Assembly: GCF_001194135.2 (NCBI RefSeq)
Contig: NC_068986.1
Coordinates: forward strand, 35,651,372-35,715,371
Length of the DNA: 64,000 nucleotides
Direction: 5' to 3'
Origin: Octopus bimaculoides
Lineage: Eukaryota
Under the pieces are notes generated by a model, which made no database searches, was not told the DNA's origin, and saw nothing but the letters and a program-made list of their open reading frames with translations. Below are positions 1 to 13,017 of the stretch, one piece after another. The position numbers and the translations under genes were made by a program. The first letter of the stretch is position 1. The number at the start of each line of letters is the position of its first letter.

Positions 1-38
1 TCCCCTCTGTGTTGAGCCCTGTGTGGCTAATAAAAGAA

Positions 39-76
<38 letters not shown>

Positions 77-1327
77 ATATATATATATATATATACAAAT
101 TTACATATCTATATACAAATATACATATATAATTTACAATTTTTATTTCCAGAATTTATTACAGAGGTGGCCAAATAATCTTAGAATATTTATACACATT
201 TACTATGCCTCCAATAGAACTCTGCCCATTCTTTTTTTATTTAATTACTTCCTAATCTTTTCTCTGTATTAACTTATCTACATACTACCCTCTCATTGAT
301 TATAGTAGTGGACATCTCGTGGACATCTCGAAGTAAATCCCCTTTTCTCTACATTCTCTGTACTTGCATACTTTTAAACTCCATGACGTCATAACTTGTC
401 GTTGGTAATTTTATACTAAATCAAACAAGGTAATTTGATACGTCAGTTGTTTAAAATTTCAACCAACTGGATTATCTGGATGGGGAATTACTGATGTTTA
501 TATCTCTGATACTATGCAACCGCATCTCCACTACAATATTTGTTTATTGGAAACCCTGAAAATCAACTACAACAACTTTAGAGTCTGACGAAAATAGCAG
601 AGGGCTATTTCATTATTTGACTAATTTATAAATAATGCGCACAGATCAATATGTTTTGCGATTAAACGGTTCCTTTAGACAAAACCGAAGCCTTGAATGA
701 AAATATGTAACAACCTTGTCTTCATTTTTTTTTAGTCTGAATGCTATGTACGTATGTAGTACGTATACAAAAAATATGTTTGTCTTTCTGTATGCATATA
801 AATACATATGTTCACATACATATATGTATGCGTGTGTTTATACATAAATACACGAAAATATATGTTAATATATGAAAATACATGAAAATATATGTTAATT
901 GCGCATATATATTGATATTGGCATCTATTTAGTGTATGCCTAAATGAGAAAGAGAGAGCTTAATATTAAAGACATCTGACTGGTAGTTATTGTTTATTAG
1001 CCATGCGTAACCGAGCACGAAGGAATACCCTGACAGAGAAAAGATATCACATATATCTGATGTCGCTACAGCTCAGAAACTGTTTGTATGACATACACAC
1101 ACGCACTCACGTATCCATCTGCTTACATACTGTTTACATACAAACCTATATGCATAAACGCATACATTACAGAAATACATAAAATATCTGCTAAAAAATA
1201 AATTGGTTCATTTAAAATTCACAACTATCAACTGATAAACTTTCTGTATTTAATGCCAGTCACCCAAACTCGCACATACTTATGTGCACATATGTATGTT
1301 CGTAGATATTTTCGTGCGCATCTGTCT

Positions 1328-1331
<4 letters not shown>

Positions 1332-1407
<76 letters not shown>
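1332..1407. repeat. (GT)n microsatellite, representative of dozens of (CA)n, (TA)n, (GA)n and (TACA)n tracts
   Basis: Seen directly; others include 1612-1650, 5243-5279, 5964-6008, 12059-12119, 26568-26623 and 37415-37499; many N gaps start inside such tracts. Confidence 0.98.
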
Positions 1408-1413
<6 letters not shown>

Positions 1414-1621
1414 TACAATAAAAACAACTTTATATTAATCTGATGCTTTGATAGGTTGCTCTATACATCTGTAGAGTACAAATTTATTATTCTTAGACAA
1501 GAATGTTGTTGACAGTGATTTCGAAGTTTCAGCCAGCAGCCCGACGATGGATTAACTGACCAAAACTTCGAAATCAATGTCAACAATATTCTTGTTTAAG
1601 AAACACACACGCATACATACA

Positions 1622-1650
<29 letters not shown>

Positions 1651-1652
<2 letters not shown>

Positions 1653-2640
1653 CATGATCATCATCGTTTAACGTCTGCTTTCCATGCTAGCATGGGTTGG
1701 ACGATTTGACTGAGGACTGGTGGACCAGGTGGCTACACCAGGCACCAATCTGATTTGGCAGAGTTTCTACAGCTGGATGCCCTTCCTAACGCCAACCACT
1801 CTGAGAGTGTTGTGGGTGATTTTGCGTGCCACCGGCACGAAGGCGGTACTGGCAATGGCCACTCTCGAAATGGTGTATTTTACGTTCCNNNNNNNNNNNN
1901 NNNNNNNNNNNNNNNNNNNNNNNNNNNNNNNNNNNNNNNNNNNNNNNNNNNNNNNNNNNNNNNNNNNNNNNNNNNNNNNNNNNNNNNNNNNNNNNNNNNN
2001 NNNNNNNNNNNNNNNNNNNNNNNNNNNNNNNNNNNNNNNNNNNNNNNNNNNNNNNNNNNNNNNNNNNNNNNNNNNNNNNNNNNNNNNNNNNNNNNNNNNN
2101 NNNNACAGGTGCCATCACGATTTCGCTTTCGCTTGCCCCAACAGGTCTTCGCAAGCGAAGTTTAGTGTCCAATGAAGGAATGTTACGTGTAAGTGGGCTG
2201 GCAACATCCCTGGCAGAGGCCTTGGATTTTAGTCTCACTTGGCTTGCCGGGTCTTCTCACGCACAGCATATTTCCAAAGGTCTTGGTCACAAGTCATTGC
2301 CTCGGTGAGGCCTAATGTTCGGAGGTCGTGCTTCACCACCTCATCCCAGGTCTTCCTGGGCCTGCCTTTTCCACGGGTTCCCTCAACTGTTAGGGTGTGG
2401 CACTTTTTCACACAGCTATCCTCATCCATTCTGCTATATGACCATACCAGCGCAATCGTCTCTCTTGCACACCACAGCTGATGCTTCTTAGGTTCAACTT
2501 TTCTCTCAAGGTACTAACACTCTGTCTAGTATGCACACTGACATTACATATCCGTCGGAGCATACTGATTCATTCCTTGCGAGCTTACGCATGTCCTCAG
2601 CAGTCAAGGCCCAAGTTTCACTGCCATGGAGCATGGCTGT
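1651..2640 (-). mobile_element. 5'-truncated RTE-clade LINE (RT C-terminus + 3' UTR + (GAT)n tail), spans an N gap
   Basis: Minus-strand peptide ...VEGTRGKGRPRKTWDEVVKHDL..LTEAMTCDQDLWKYAVREKTRQAK* plus a MLHGSETW-type motif near 2600-2636; tail reads catcatcatcgtttaacg on the plus strand at about 1651-1672. Confidence 0.85.
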
Positions 2641-2700
2641 TCGGTCAAGAGGTCAAAGGTTCGATTCATCTGTGCGGTATCTTGAGCAAGAGTTTCTTAC

Positions 2701-2897
2701 CATAGTCTCTAGTGGATTAATCTTTGAGAGTGAAACAGAACTGAAGGGGACTGTGTGTGAAATTTGTTTACTGCTCTTGTAATTCGTACCGTTATCCTTG
2801 TCACAAAGTTTCATATTCAGGACCGTGTTAGCGGCATTATAATCCACCAGGTCAATGAATCTACTGAGCTCTATGGTATTTATTTTTTGACAACAAG
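2701..2897 (-). CDS. Orphan internal-exon candidate of an unidentified gene, 197 nt, phase 1-0
   Basis: gtattctgtag|CT TGT TGT ... ACT ATG|gtaaga, 65 open codons (CCQKINTIELSRFIDLVDYNAANTVLNMKLCDKDNGTNYKSSKQISHTVPFSSVSLSKINPLETM); no homology recognised. Confidence 0.35.
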
Positions 2898-3827
2898 CTA
2901 CAGAATACGTAAATCATAACTAGGCTCCTGTGAGGCTCCGGGCAAATGCCGAGTGTACTCATGCTTTGAGACAGTGAGTCAGCGGGGTACTCAACCTGTC
3001 ATTAATTTAATGAATAGTTTGTCCCGTTGATTACACGGTATATGCATAAACGTGTACAGCGTAAAATGTATACATATCAAAACGTAAAGGCTCTACGTGA
3101 ATGTACGATGTATAAGGCAGACATAATGATGAGAAAAAACAGAAATACAAGCACTTTTGGGGAAATAGAATTTTATTATATTTTCGACATGACTTTATAT
3201 GTTTTCTCCAATAATTCGTTCAATATATTTGACAATTTTCTCTTTATTTTTTCTCAGTGAGTGTAAATTTAACATTTTTGAGGCAACAATAATAATAAAT
3301 AAAAAAATAAATTAATCAAAAGAAAATAGGTTTAACAAGAATCTAGACATGTTAATAGAAATGGTGACATATTCCATTCGTTCTATCTCTGTGTCTGTCT
3401 TCCTATTTATTCTATCATACATATGTTGTCTACCTGGCATTTCTATATGACTGCATGATAACCTGGCCACTTTAGTTCATCATACATAATATAATATAAT
3501 ATAATATAATAAATTATATATATATGTATATATGCTATATTTTATGTACCCATATCAAATCTGTGATCTGTACTGGTATTGTGCTATCTTGCGCACCTGA
3601 GAAGGGCTCTGGAAAAGGTTAACAGAAAACCGCTACCAATGCCCTGTCGTTAACTAAGATCTCAGCAACGGGTCCCTACCTTAAATTGAATGGTGGCTTA
3701 CATGCAATAACTGTTCTGTAATGTAATAGTTTACATCACGCACGATAAACGTAATCTTGGTTTCCGTCAGGCAAGAAGAAAAATAACAATGGCTATATAT
3801 ATATGCATATATAATGAATATATACGA

Positions 3828-3890
<63 letters not shown>

Positions 3891-4144
3891 GGTACGTGCA
3901 TGTAAACGTATAAGAGTGTAGGGCCTGATCGGGTAGAAAATCGGTGTTTATATGTATGTATACAAAAGCATTTATGTATGTAGATGACACATTGTTTAAA
4001 TAATAAATTCTTATAATAAACAGTATTTCAGAATATGTCAGTTCAAGACTTTAATATAGAAAGAAATCTGGCAGTAAATAGATTAATACTTTTTCTCTAA
4101 AGAAATACAATGAAACGAAAATATTGCAATTATTATTATTACTC

Positions 4145-4176
<32 letters not shown>

Positions 4177-5238
4177 TCTACGTATCAAATATACAAATAT
4201 ATTTTGTCAAATTAATCGGAGTAAATGAAGAAAAAAGATTAACAGAATAAAAGCAAATTTAAATCAAAATATTTATAATAAAAATGACAAAAAAAAAATG
4301 TAAAAACACCAAAAAATTGGATTGGAATTAAAAAAAAAAAGAGAGAATAATCACAAAATTAATTCATGAAACAAAATGAGCGACTTTGAGTGTGGAAAAT
4401 TTATGAAGCTGTTTTTCAAACATCAAACATTAAAATGTGGCAATTTTCATCTAGTTCGTTCACACACATTTTCACATTTCATGCGCAGATGCACAAAATA
4501 AATTATATGCCCAAACACGCATACATACACACACATACACGAGCAGAGACGTATACACACGTACGTATGCGCATATGTATGCCTATACATACACATATAT
4601 ACAGTGAAATATTCAACAAGCATACACAGTCACACATTTTACCAATGATCAAATATTGGATGTTTCTTATACAATATTTGCTTGACAAACGATAAAATGG
4701 TTTTACATTTGAGGCGAGCATATGGGATAAGGTTTCTGTTTAGCTATATACTGTGTTTGTGTGTTGTGTGTATGTGTTTGCGTAAATGTACGTAGGATTA
4801 TGGACCATATATTGGTCTTGTATGTGTGTATATGAATATATAAATCCTAAATTTATGTGTGAGTGTATGTGTGTGCATATATATATATATATGTATATAT
4901 ACAGACACGAATGTAGCTTTATGTATGTGTATAAGTATATATAGTATATGTATACGGGTCTGTATACGAATACGTATACAATTGTGTGTGTGTGTAAATG
5001 TTTACATGCATACAGATAAACAGACATGTAGGTGCATGACTGCACTCCAGTTTTATCTTCCTAATATTTTTGATTTCGTAATCATTTCTCTTATAGTTAA
5101 CACATTTCCTATTTCCATTGACGTCTCAAAACTTTAGTTATGTCATCTGGGTGACTGAGGGAGGTTTTTGTTGAAATTTCTGTTACTATTGCAAGACTTC
5201 TGAATAGCTTCTACACTTTCTGTGTGAAGCAAAGCATT

Positions 5239-5282
<44 letters not shown>

Positions 5283-5960
5283 TTTCAACTATTATTATTC
5301 TTAGACACAGACGTTTGCAAATATGGATGGTTGATGGCTACGGCACGTTATCTTTGATATTTTGTCATACATTTTACTAATGATATTTTCTATAATATTG
5401 TATATGAAATATTATCATATTAGTTAATGCTATTTTCCTCTCCAAAATTTGTTTTGAGTAGTTTCTGGTGATGCATAGCCAACCAATGGATTCGTGTGGT
5501 GGTTGTTTGTCCAATGTAAGAATTAATTCAAGAAGTATAAAACGTTAATTGTTACATTAGAATTAGTAAAATTCATAACATATTTAAGGCTCATTGAACG
5601 GCTTGTTATGCTTGGTTGTTTTCATAGACAAATACAGTTTTAATGTATTTCTATAATATATATCAATAAATTTAGATTATTATTCGGAATAATGAATGAG
5701 GCAATTACAGCAAACCAGTTTTCACAAAATTCTCACCCCCGATAAAGCAGAAAAACTAATTGCCCCTAAAAGTTAATTCATTCACAAGATATGAATGAGA
5801 AAGTCGACAGACATCAATATCTGTGGGAAATGTGTTATCCCCATAAGAAAACAATGGACTAATGGGGACTATTAAAATATCCCTAACAAAGAAGCTTTAA
5901 AACAAGGGATTGTCTTATTTCCAGTAATGCATGTTTTGAAGAAGTGCGGTATATAAATCC

Positions 5961-6012
<52 letters not shown>

Positions 6013-6668
6013 TACGCACACGTGCGTGTGTGTATATATATAAACTTGTATATAATATACAGATGTATATTATATAGGTACATATATATATATATATATG
6101 TGTATGGATACACTTATATGTGTATTTATAAGTGTACAAGTATTACATATGTATATGTGTGTATATGTGTAAATATATGTATATACATACGTAAGTGTAC
6201 ATATATACATGAATGTGTGTGTATATATACATATTATACATGTGCATAAATGTGTGTGTGTGTGTTCATGATCAGCTATTGACAATGTTCGTGGGTGGGT
6301 GACTTGTTTCTGTTTGTTTATCTGACTGTACATGCGTGTTAAAGATTTCAAGGAGGGTTTCGGATACATTTCAGCAAGGAATTATATTTGACTGAAGCTT
6401 AAAATAAATGTCATTATATTGTTGTTTTGTTTGGTAATTTTTTTTTTTTTTTTTTTCAAATTAATTTTATTTTTACGTACAAATTACACAAATGGTGAAT
6501 GGTAAGCTTCTGGATTACGAACTGATTATCACGAGGTTGAAGGACCGTGGGACGTCTGTTTCTATATGTGGGTGCAGATATGGAATCAGGTTTAGGCGTA
6601 GCAAGGCGAATATGACATGATTGTTTATACACCACATTTAATTTACATGTGTGTGTGTGTATCTATCT

Positions 6669-6705
<37 letters not shown>

Positions 6706-6772
6706 ATGTGTACACATATGTATATTCATTTATGAGTATGTAAATATGCACATATATATTTCTCTTTTTCTT

Positions 6773-6803
<31 letters not shown>

Positions 6804-7075
6804 ATGTATATATAATATAATCATATATACAATATAAATGTTATAATATTATTTTAAAGCACTTTCTCGAGTAACAATTGAACTTATTTGCTAATGGTAT
6901 GATTCTATACAATATATATATATATATATATATACATACATACATGCATATGTTTATATTATATGTGTATATATGTATGTACGCATATATATATATATAT
7001 ANNNNNNNNNNATATATATATATATATACATACATACATGCATATGTTTATATTATATGTGTATATATGTATGTA

Positions 7076-7110
<35 letters not shown>

Positions 7111-7258
7111 ACCTGCAAGTACGACACACATGTATATACACATATATTTATACGAATGCCTACAAACATATATATGCACACATTTATAAACTTTACACAT
7201 GTACTCATGTATACACACATATACATATACGTACATATAAGTATATTTCTGCATGTGC

Positions 7259-7291
<33 letters not shown>

Positions 7292-7344
7292 CTTTCACAC
7301 ACAGATAAGTGTATATTCATGCAAAGATATGTTTAACTTGTTGA

Positions 7345-7670
7345 TAGAGGTATGACCACCAATGCTGGTCAGATCAATGCCATTAATTTTCCTCTTGAAT
7401 CTTTGTAAATCGACATCAGCAGGAAAGGCATGAGGCTAAAGGGAATTCCAGATGGTCGACTTCCTGAGAAGGAAGGACGGGGCGTGGTAGCTAGTGGGGA
7501 CCTAAGCTTGGTATGGACACATGTGTGATGATAGTAGAGGAGACAAAAAGGGGCTGAGAATGCTCGAGTGAGGAAAGCATAGCCCCCAGCCAGCTCCGAG
7601 GAGCAAATGACATTATAACAGCATCAGTAGAAAAGGCAAAGGAGGAGACAGCGCACTTGTAGACCAGAGG
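7345..7670 (-). mobile_element. Decayed CR1/L2-group LINE 3' fragment
   Basis: Minus translation LCLFY*CCYNVICSSELAG ... PSFLLRKSTIWNSL*PHAFPADVDLQRFKRKIN resembles the post-RT C-terminus of CR1-group ORF2; in-frame stops. Confidence 0.7.
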
Positions 7671-7771
7671 TTGGAAAACATCTCTTTAATTTTATGCGAA
7701 TCAGTCGAGTACATCTTTCTCGGATATATAGCTGTATCTAGGGAACGTCATTATATAAAAACGAAGTGTGC

Positions 7772-7813
<42 letters not shown>

Positions 7814-8274
7814 ATCTAAGGGTCGGTCATTACACAAAGACGAAGTGTATACATTGTATATATTTATATATAATTGAAACCCTGAATGAGTATGAGGAGA
7901 GTAAGTGTATAACGTGTATTGTATTTTCGTATTTTGTGGTTTGTGCCTGTCTACATCTAAAAACAGAATATTCTCCCAAGAACATTACCTACGTTACCTC
8001 TGTATAAATGTTCGTGTTAAACTTCACTGCTCTGCAAAAGCAACAATTTGGTGAAAGATACATTAGAACTATTTTCTAAGGAGGTACACTACTTGTCGTA
8101 CCTCCTCTTAATAGTATGGAAACCATCGATGAAAATCGGTTCCATTCAGTTTCGTATTTCACATTCCTTACTATAAATTGATAGTTCCGTTATCGAGAGA
8201 AAATGGCCAAATCTGTATATATAACGTTTTGTGTGTGTATGTGTGTATATATATATATATGCATGTATAAATGT

Positions 8275-8499
8275 ATTATTTCTTTACTACCCACAAGGGG
8301 CTACACACAGAGGGGACAGACAAACGAATTAAGTCGATTATATCGACCCCAGTGCGTAACTGGTACTTATTTAATCGACCCCGAAAGGATGAAAGGCAAA
8401 GTGGACCTCGGCGGAATTTGAACTCAGAACGTAGCGGCAGACGAAATACCACTAAGCATTTCGCCCGGCATGCTAACGATTCTGCCAGCTCGCCGCCTT
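8275..8499 (-). mobile_element. tRNA-derived SINE, family A
   Basis: Head AAGGCGGCGAGCTGGCAGAATCGTTAG...GTTCAAATTCC (A/B-box-like), central TTTCATCCTTTCGGGGTCGAT; recurs more than 10 times in the window; a tail fragment is also at 1-40. Confidence 0.85.
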
Positions 8500-8608
8500 A
8501 ATGTATAAATGTATATGCATGTATATATATGTGCATGTGTATACATATGCGTGTATACATATACACGTATATTTGCATAATTGTGTGTATGTAAATGTAT
8601 ATTCAAGT

Positions 8609-9272
8609 ATGTACATGGATCTTTTTTAANNNNNNNNNNNNNNNNNNNNNNNNNNNNNNNNNNNNNNNNNNNNNNNNNNNNNNNNNNNNNNNNNNNNNNN
8701 NNNNNNNNNNNNNNNNNNNNNNNNNNNNNNNNNNNNNNNNNNNNNNNNNNNNNNNNNNNNNNNNNNNNNNNNNNNNNNNNNNNNNNNNNNNNNNNNNNNN
8801 NNNNNNNNNNNNNNNNNNNNNNNNNNNNNNNNNNNNNNNNNNNNNNNNNNNNNNNNNNNNNNNNNNNNNNNNNNNNNNNNNNNNNNNNNNNNNNNNNNNN
8901 NNNNNNNNNNNNNNNNNNNNNNNNNNNNCCTAACTCTAACCCGAACCCTAACCTTAGGGTTAGGGTTAGGATTAAAGCAAATTTAAAATGAAAAAAGCAA
9001 ATAAAACGAAGGTATGGAGATTAAATACGCTTTACATCGCTTAATCAGCCAAGGAGTTAATGTAAACAACTGAATACTTGTCAGTGATTGGTTGAAATTA
9101 TCGAAATATGACAATTTTTTACATGAAATAAATTCGAATACAAAAATATTTTTCTGTTCTATAACACAAAATAGATAAGTAAACGAAGTTTGAAAGTCTT
9201 TCGGTACCAAAAACACTACGTAAAACATTAATGAAAAATGTGGCCCCCGTTTTAAAAAAGATCCATGTACAT
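8609..9272. mobile_element. Foldback/MITE-like element with telomere-repeat centre; left arm mostly in an N gap
   Basis: 21-bp perfect terminal inverted repeat ATGTACATGGATCTTTTTTAA (8609-8629 / 9252-9272); degenerate (CCCTAA)x4 then (TTAGGG)x3 at 8929-8970 near the midpoint. Confidence 0.7.
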
Positions 9273-9707
9273 GAATTTAAACGTATATCTATATTTTTCG
9301 CTCCAACATGGGAGTAAACATGTCCGCTAACATACGCACACAGTCAACAAACTACAATAAACATACCTCTGTATATCCATGTTTCTCTCACTCTCTCGTA
9401 TATATATACGTATATGCCTCTACACACATACATGCATATACGTGTATGTACACACACACACACACACACCTTTAATTAATGGTGAAATATATTTATTACA
9501 TCTAACGGAAAGCACAAAATACAGATACGGATAAACCTATTTTATTAGCTAAATTTCGTTCCAGAATTATTAGGATTTCGACGCTTAGAAAATGGTTGGT
9601 ATCCATCATCATCTAGAAAGCGCAAAGATCTTTTCTGCTAGATATAGAACATGTCTTTCACCATTATTTTGAATTTTCATTTCTAGCGTATACAGGCCTA
9701 TTTTTCA

Positions 9708-9762
<55 letters not shown>

Positions 9763-10200
9763 TATATATATATAGACATGTATATATTTCATGTCGGCAT
9801 TGGGAAAAGAATGTGGAAAAATTATGTTAGCGTAGTTTTCATGTTTTTTTTTAATACTTTCTGTAACTTTGGGGGTATTGCTGCTTCTCTTGTTGTCGTA
9901 ATTGTTATACAAGTGAAGCTCTATATTTGTTAGTGTTTTCTGTGGTTCTGTTAGCCGATGCTGTTGATTTTGTGTCTATTGAATAATGTTCGTTTATGGC
10001 AGTGCCATTTTGATAGGTCTATATAACCGCGGTAGAAGGGTGGGTGGGTGTAAATATGATAGACGAACAGAGAATCGTTTACCACTCTGCTCTATCATTT
10101 GTAGCTGTTTATAGGAGGACGAAGGGCTGGGATTATGGACCAGACTCGTGGTCAGTGTTGCGATTACAATGGATCGAAAAACGTATGTATTTAATCATAA

Positions 10201-10440
10201 GATGTAGCGATTTGTAACAAAATATTGTGAATTGTAATAAACTGTAGTGAAATGTAGCAAACTATAATTAACTGTAGTAAAACGTAGCGAGTTACAGTAA
10301 ATTGTAGAGGAGTGTAGAAAATGTAATGGATTGTTGCTAATTGCAGTGGATTATTGAGGAGTTTAATAAAAATGTAATGAATATAATAGCAAATTGTAGA
10401 GGATTGTAAAAATGTAAAAATGGAGGAAATTGTGATAACA
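10201..10440. repeat. Degenerate 10-bp minisatellite (approx. AATTGTAGYA)
   Basis: TGTA or a variant recurs every 10 nt across 10201-10320, then continues with register shifts. Confidence 0.8.
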
Positions 10441-11125
10441 TGTGGGAATTTAAAGTGAACTGGCTTTAATCAAGAATCGAAATTACATCATGTATTCATT
10501 TGATTGATCCATTTTTTATGTCTGTTTTTATAGTTGTTACAATCGACGGCAATTCTCATCCTAACACACCACCTCCGTCGCATACTAATCCCTGTATATA
10601 TATATATATATCTGGTACTCATCTGGTACTCATATTGTCTGAGAGATATGAAATGAAATTTATTTAGGGAGTAATCAATACCTTCGGATTTGAGGCAAAC
10701 CGCATTATTGCAAAAACAAAGCATTCCGATTCGGTTTCAGTTTACTGCATCAATTTCTTTCTGCCTCTACATCACATGGTGGTAAATAATGGAAAAACTG
10801 ATTATTAGTGAAATATAAGGCAGTGTGTTTCTTTCGGTTAAATATGTTTTTCTTAAATCATTAAATCTTAATCTAAAACATTTTCATGGTTAATTTAATT
10901 TGTTTTTGTCCTCCATTACCGAAGTCTATTGTCGAATGTGTGTGTGTATATATATATATATATNNNNNNNNNNNNNNNNNNNNNNNNNNNNNNNNNNNNN
11001 NNNNNNNNNNNNNNNNNNNNNNNNNNNNNNNNNNNNNNNNNNNNNNNNNNNNNNNNNNNNNNNNNNNNNNNNNNNNNNNNNNNNNNNNNNNNNNNNNNNN
11101 NNNNNNNNNNNNNNNNNNNNNNNNN

Positions 11126-11194
<69 letters not shown>

Positions 11195-12051
11195 ATGAAT
11201 CTATGTTTCACTTGCGAATGTATGCTTGTATGGAGTCTACGCGTGTAATACTTAAAACATTTTAAAAACTTTGTACGTAATACCTTCAAAGTTCCATTAT
11301 TGGCTTGTAATTGCAAATTCTTAATTAGCTGCTCTCACATATAGATATATATGTGTGTGTGTGTGTGTGTGTGTTTAAATATTAATTAGGAGCAACGCAA
11401 GTGTTGTAACATTATCGAACACATACACATGCGCTTTGCTTGTTCACTGGTCGGCTGAGATTTGACCGGGGAGATTCATATATATATATGGGGGGGATTC
11501 AGAAGTCGCCATACAGAAGAATTTTTTTTTTTGATAAGAAACAGTTTTTTTTTTATATTTAACTTTCTTATTAAAAAAATGTTCTATGTATGGTGACTTT
11601 TGAATCACCTTGTATGTATGTATGTATATATATATATATATATATATACATACGTTGTTTACAAATCCAACAATATTGCGATATTACGTAGGATGGGGGT
11701 GTGTTGTTGTTATGTAGTTTGGCGGGGAGTAGCAACCTTAAACAATGATAGCAAGACTGAGTGCGGTGTGAGACAACTCCCACCTATACTCCCATTAAAC
11801 TAATTCCATCTAATATAAAGAATGAGCCCCTATCACAACTGATATTACCAAAGAATCAGCTTGAACTCTTTGATACAACTATATATTTCTTACCTATTTC
11901 CACCTTAATGGTATCTTCTATGTCTTTACTCCAATTACTCTGGATTCTTTTGGGTGTTTTATTACTGCTATTATCATTGTCGTTATTATTATCATTATTG
12001 TTCATTATTATTGACACTTTCCTTCTTACATTTTCTTTCAACTCCCTACGT

Positions 12052-12121
<70 letters not shown>

Positions 12122-12664
12122 GTCCTTATCAGCCACAATCTCTCTATCGTCACCTCTGTATCTCAGATACTTTCTATCTTTCTTTCACTGTCTCTCAAGA
12201 ATTCTATCTTCATTTCCGACACTTTCTTTAACTCTACATGACTCTTTCTATATCTCTTAACTTTCTTTTCTTCCATTTTCTTTTTCTTTGTATGCCAATC
12301 CTTCATTCAACACGCCCTGCTCTGATCCATTCTTCAACACTTGATCAGATACATTCGAAATACAGGAGGGGATAAAGCAAAGGGTGGATACAAAGGTACA
12401 ATATCTGTGTGTGTATGTGTGGGAGAGTGAGAGAAAGGTAGAGAAAATGAGAGAGAGGAAAGAAAAAGAGGAGAAAAGAGATTGAGTAAGATAGACAGAT
12501 AGGGAGAGCACTACAAATGAATGGTAAGGACACAGCGTCAACTGTATAGTAACAAAAAAGGCGTGGTGGTGAGGAGGGGAAGCATGTCACATGTTATGTT
12601 TACGATCATATATATGATATACTACGAACAAAATGAACATATGCAAGGTTCTATATTACGGTCT

Positions 12665-12748
12665 ATGGAATGGTACACGGAATGATACACGGAGTGCTCT
12701 ACGGAGTGCTCCACGGAGTCATCCATGGAATACTGGTCAATGGAATGG
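12665..12748. repeat. Six degenerate 12-bp tandem units in the probable BAIAP3-like 3' UTR
   Basis: ATGGAATGGTAC ACGGAATGATAC ACGGAGTGCTCT ACGGAGTGCTCC ACGGAGTCATCC ATGGAATACTGG, then a partial unit. Confidence 0.8.
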
Positions 12749-12919
12749 CTTAAATTTTGTTTTTGTTGGATGGTTAATTTTCTTTTTGTTATTGTCTTTC
12801 ATGTTTTTCTGCTTTTCTTGTCTTCTGTATTTGTGTTGTTTGGTTTGGTATGTTTTTTGTTTATTTTTTAATTTTTTTTTTTTTAGCTATCATTTTCTTT
12901 TCTTCATCTTAGTTGTTCT

Positions 12920-13017
12920 TCACGATGCTTGTTCTTCAAGTTTGATTCTTCTTTTCACGAATTCCTGTGCCTCTTTGTCCCAAGTTCGACCCCGTAACAC
13001 ATTAAATGTTCCTTTTT
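12920..13017 (-). CDS. BAIAP3: BAIAP3-like terminal coding exon, 98 nt including stop
   Basis: long U-tract ...ttttttcag|AA AAA GGA ... GCA TCG TGA; (E)[31 protein letters not shown]; phase 1 matches the donor at 30388 across a 17,370-nt intron. Confidence 0.9.

Noticed and set aside
586-625. CTGACGA followed by stem AATAGC/GCTATT, a hammerhead-like start
   Set aside because: No GAAA after the stem and no clear stems I and III
5461-6520. Plus-strand micro-exon candidates (FLVMHSQPMDSCGGCLSN|gtaaga; MVNG with gtaagc)
   Set aside because: Short, unrecognisable peptides that could not be chained into a gene model
8929-8970. Possible chromosome end-to-end fusion scar
   Set aside because: Repeat order is CCCTAA then TTAGGG, the reverse of a fusion, and it sits centrally in a TIR-bounded element
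12665-12748. CRISPR-like array
   Set aside because: Abutting 12-bp degenerate units without spacers in eukaryotic DNA; no cas genes
12860-12865. AATAAA 55 nt after the stop as the poly(A) signal
   Set aside because: It lies in an A-rich run with no clear GU-rich downstream element; the site cannot be fixed without transcript data
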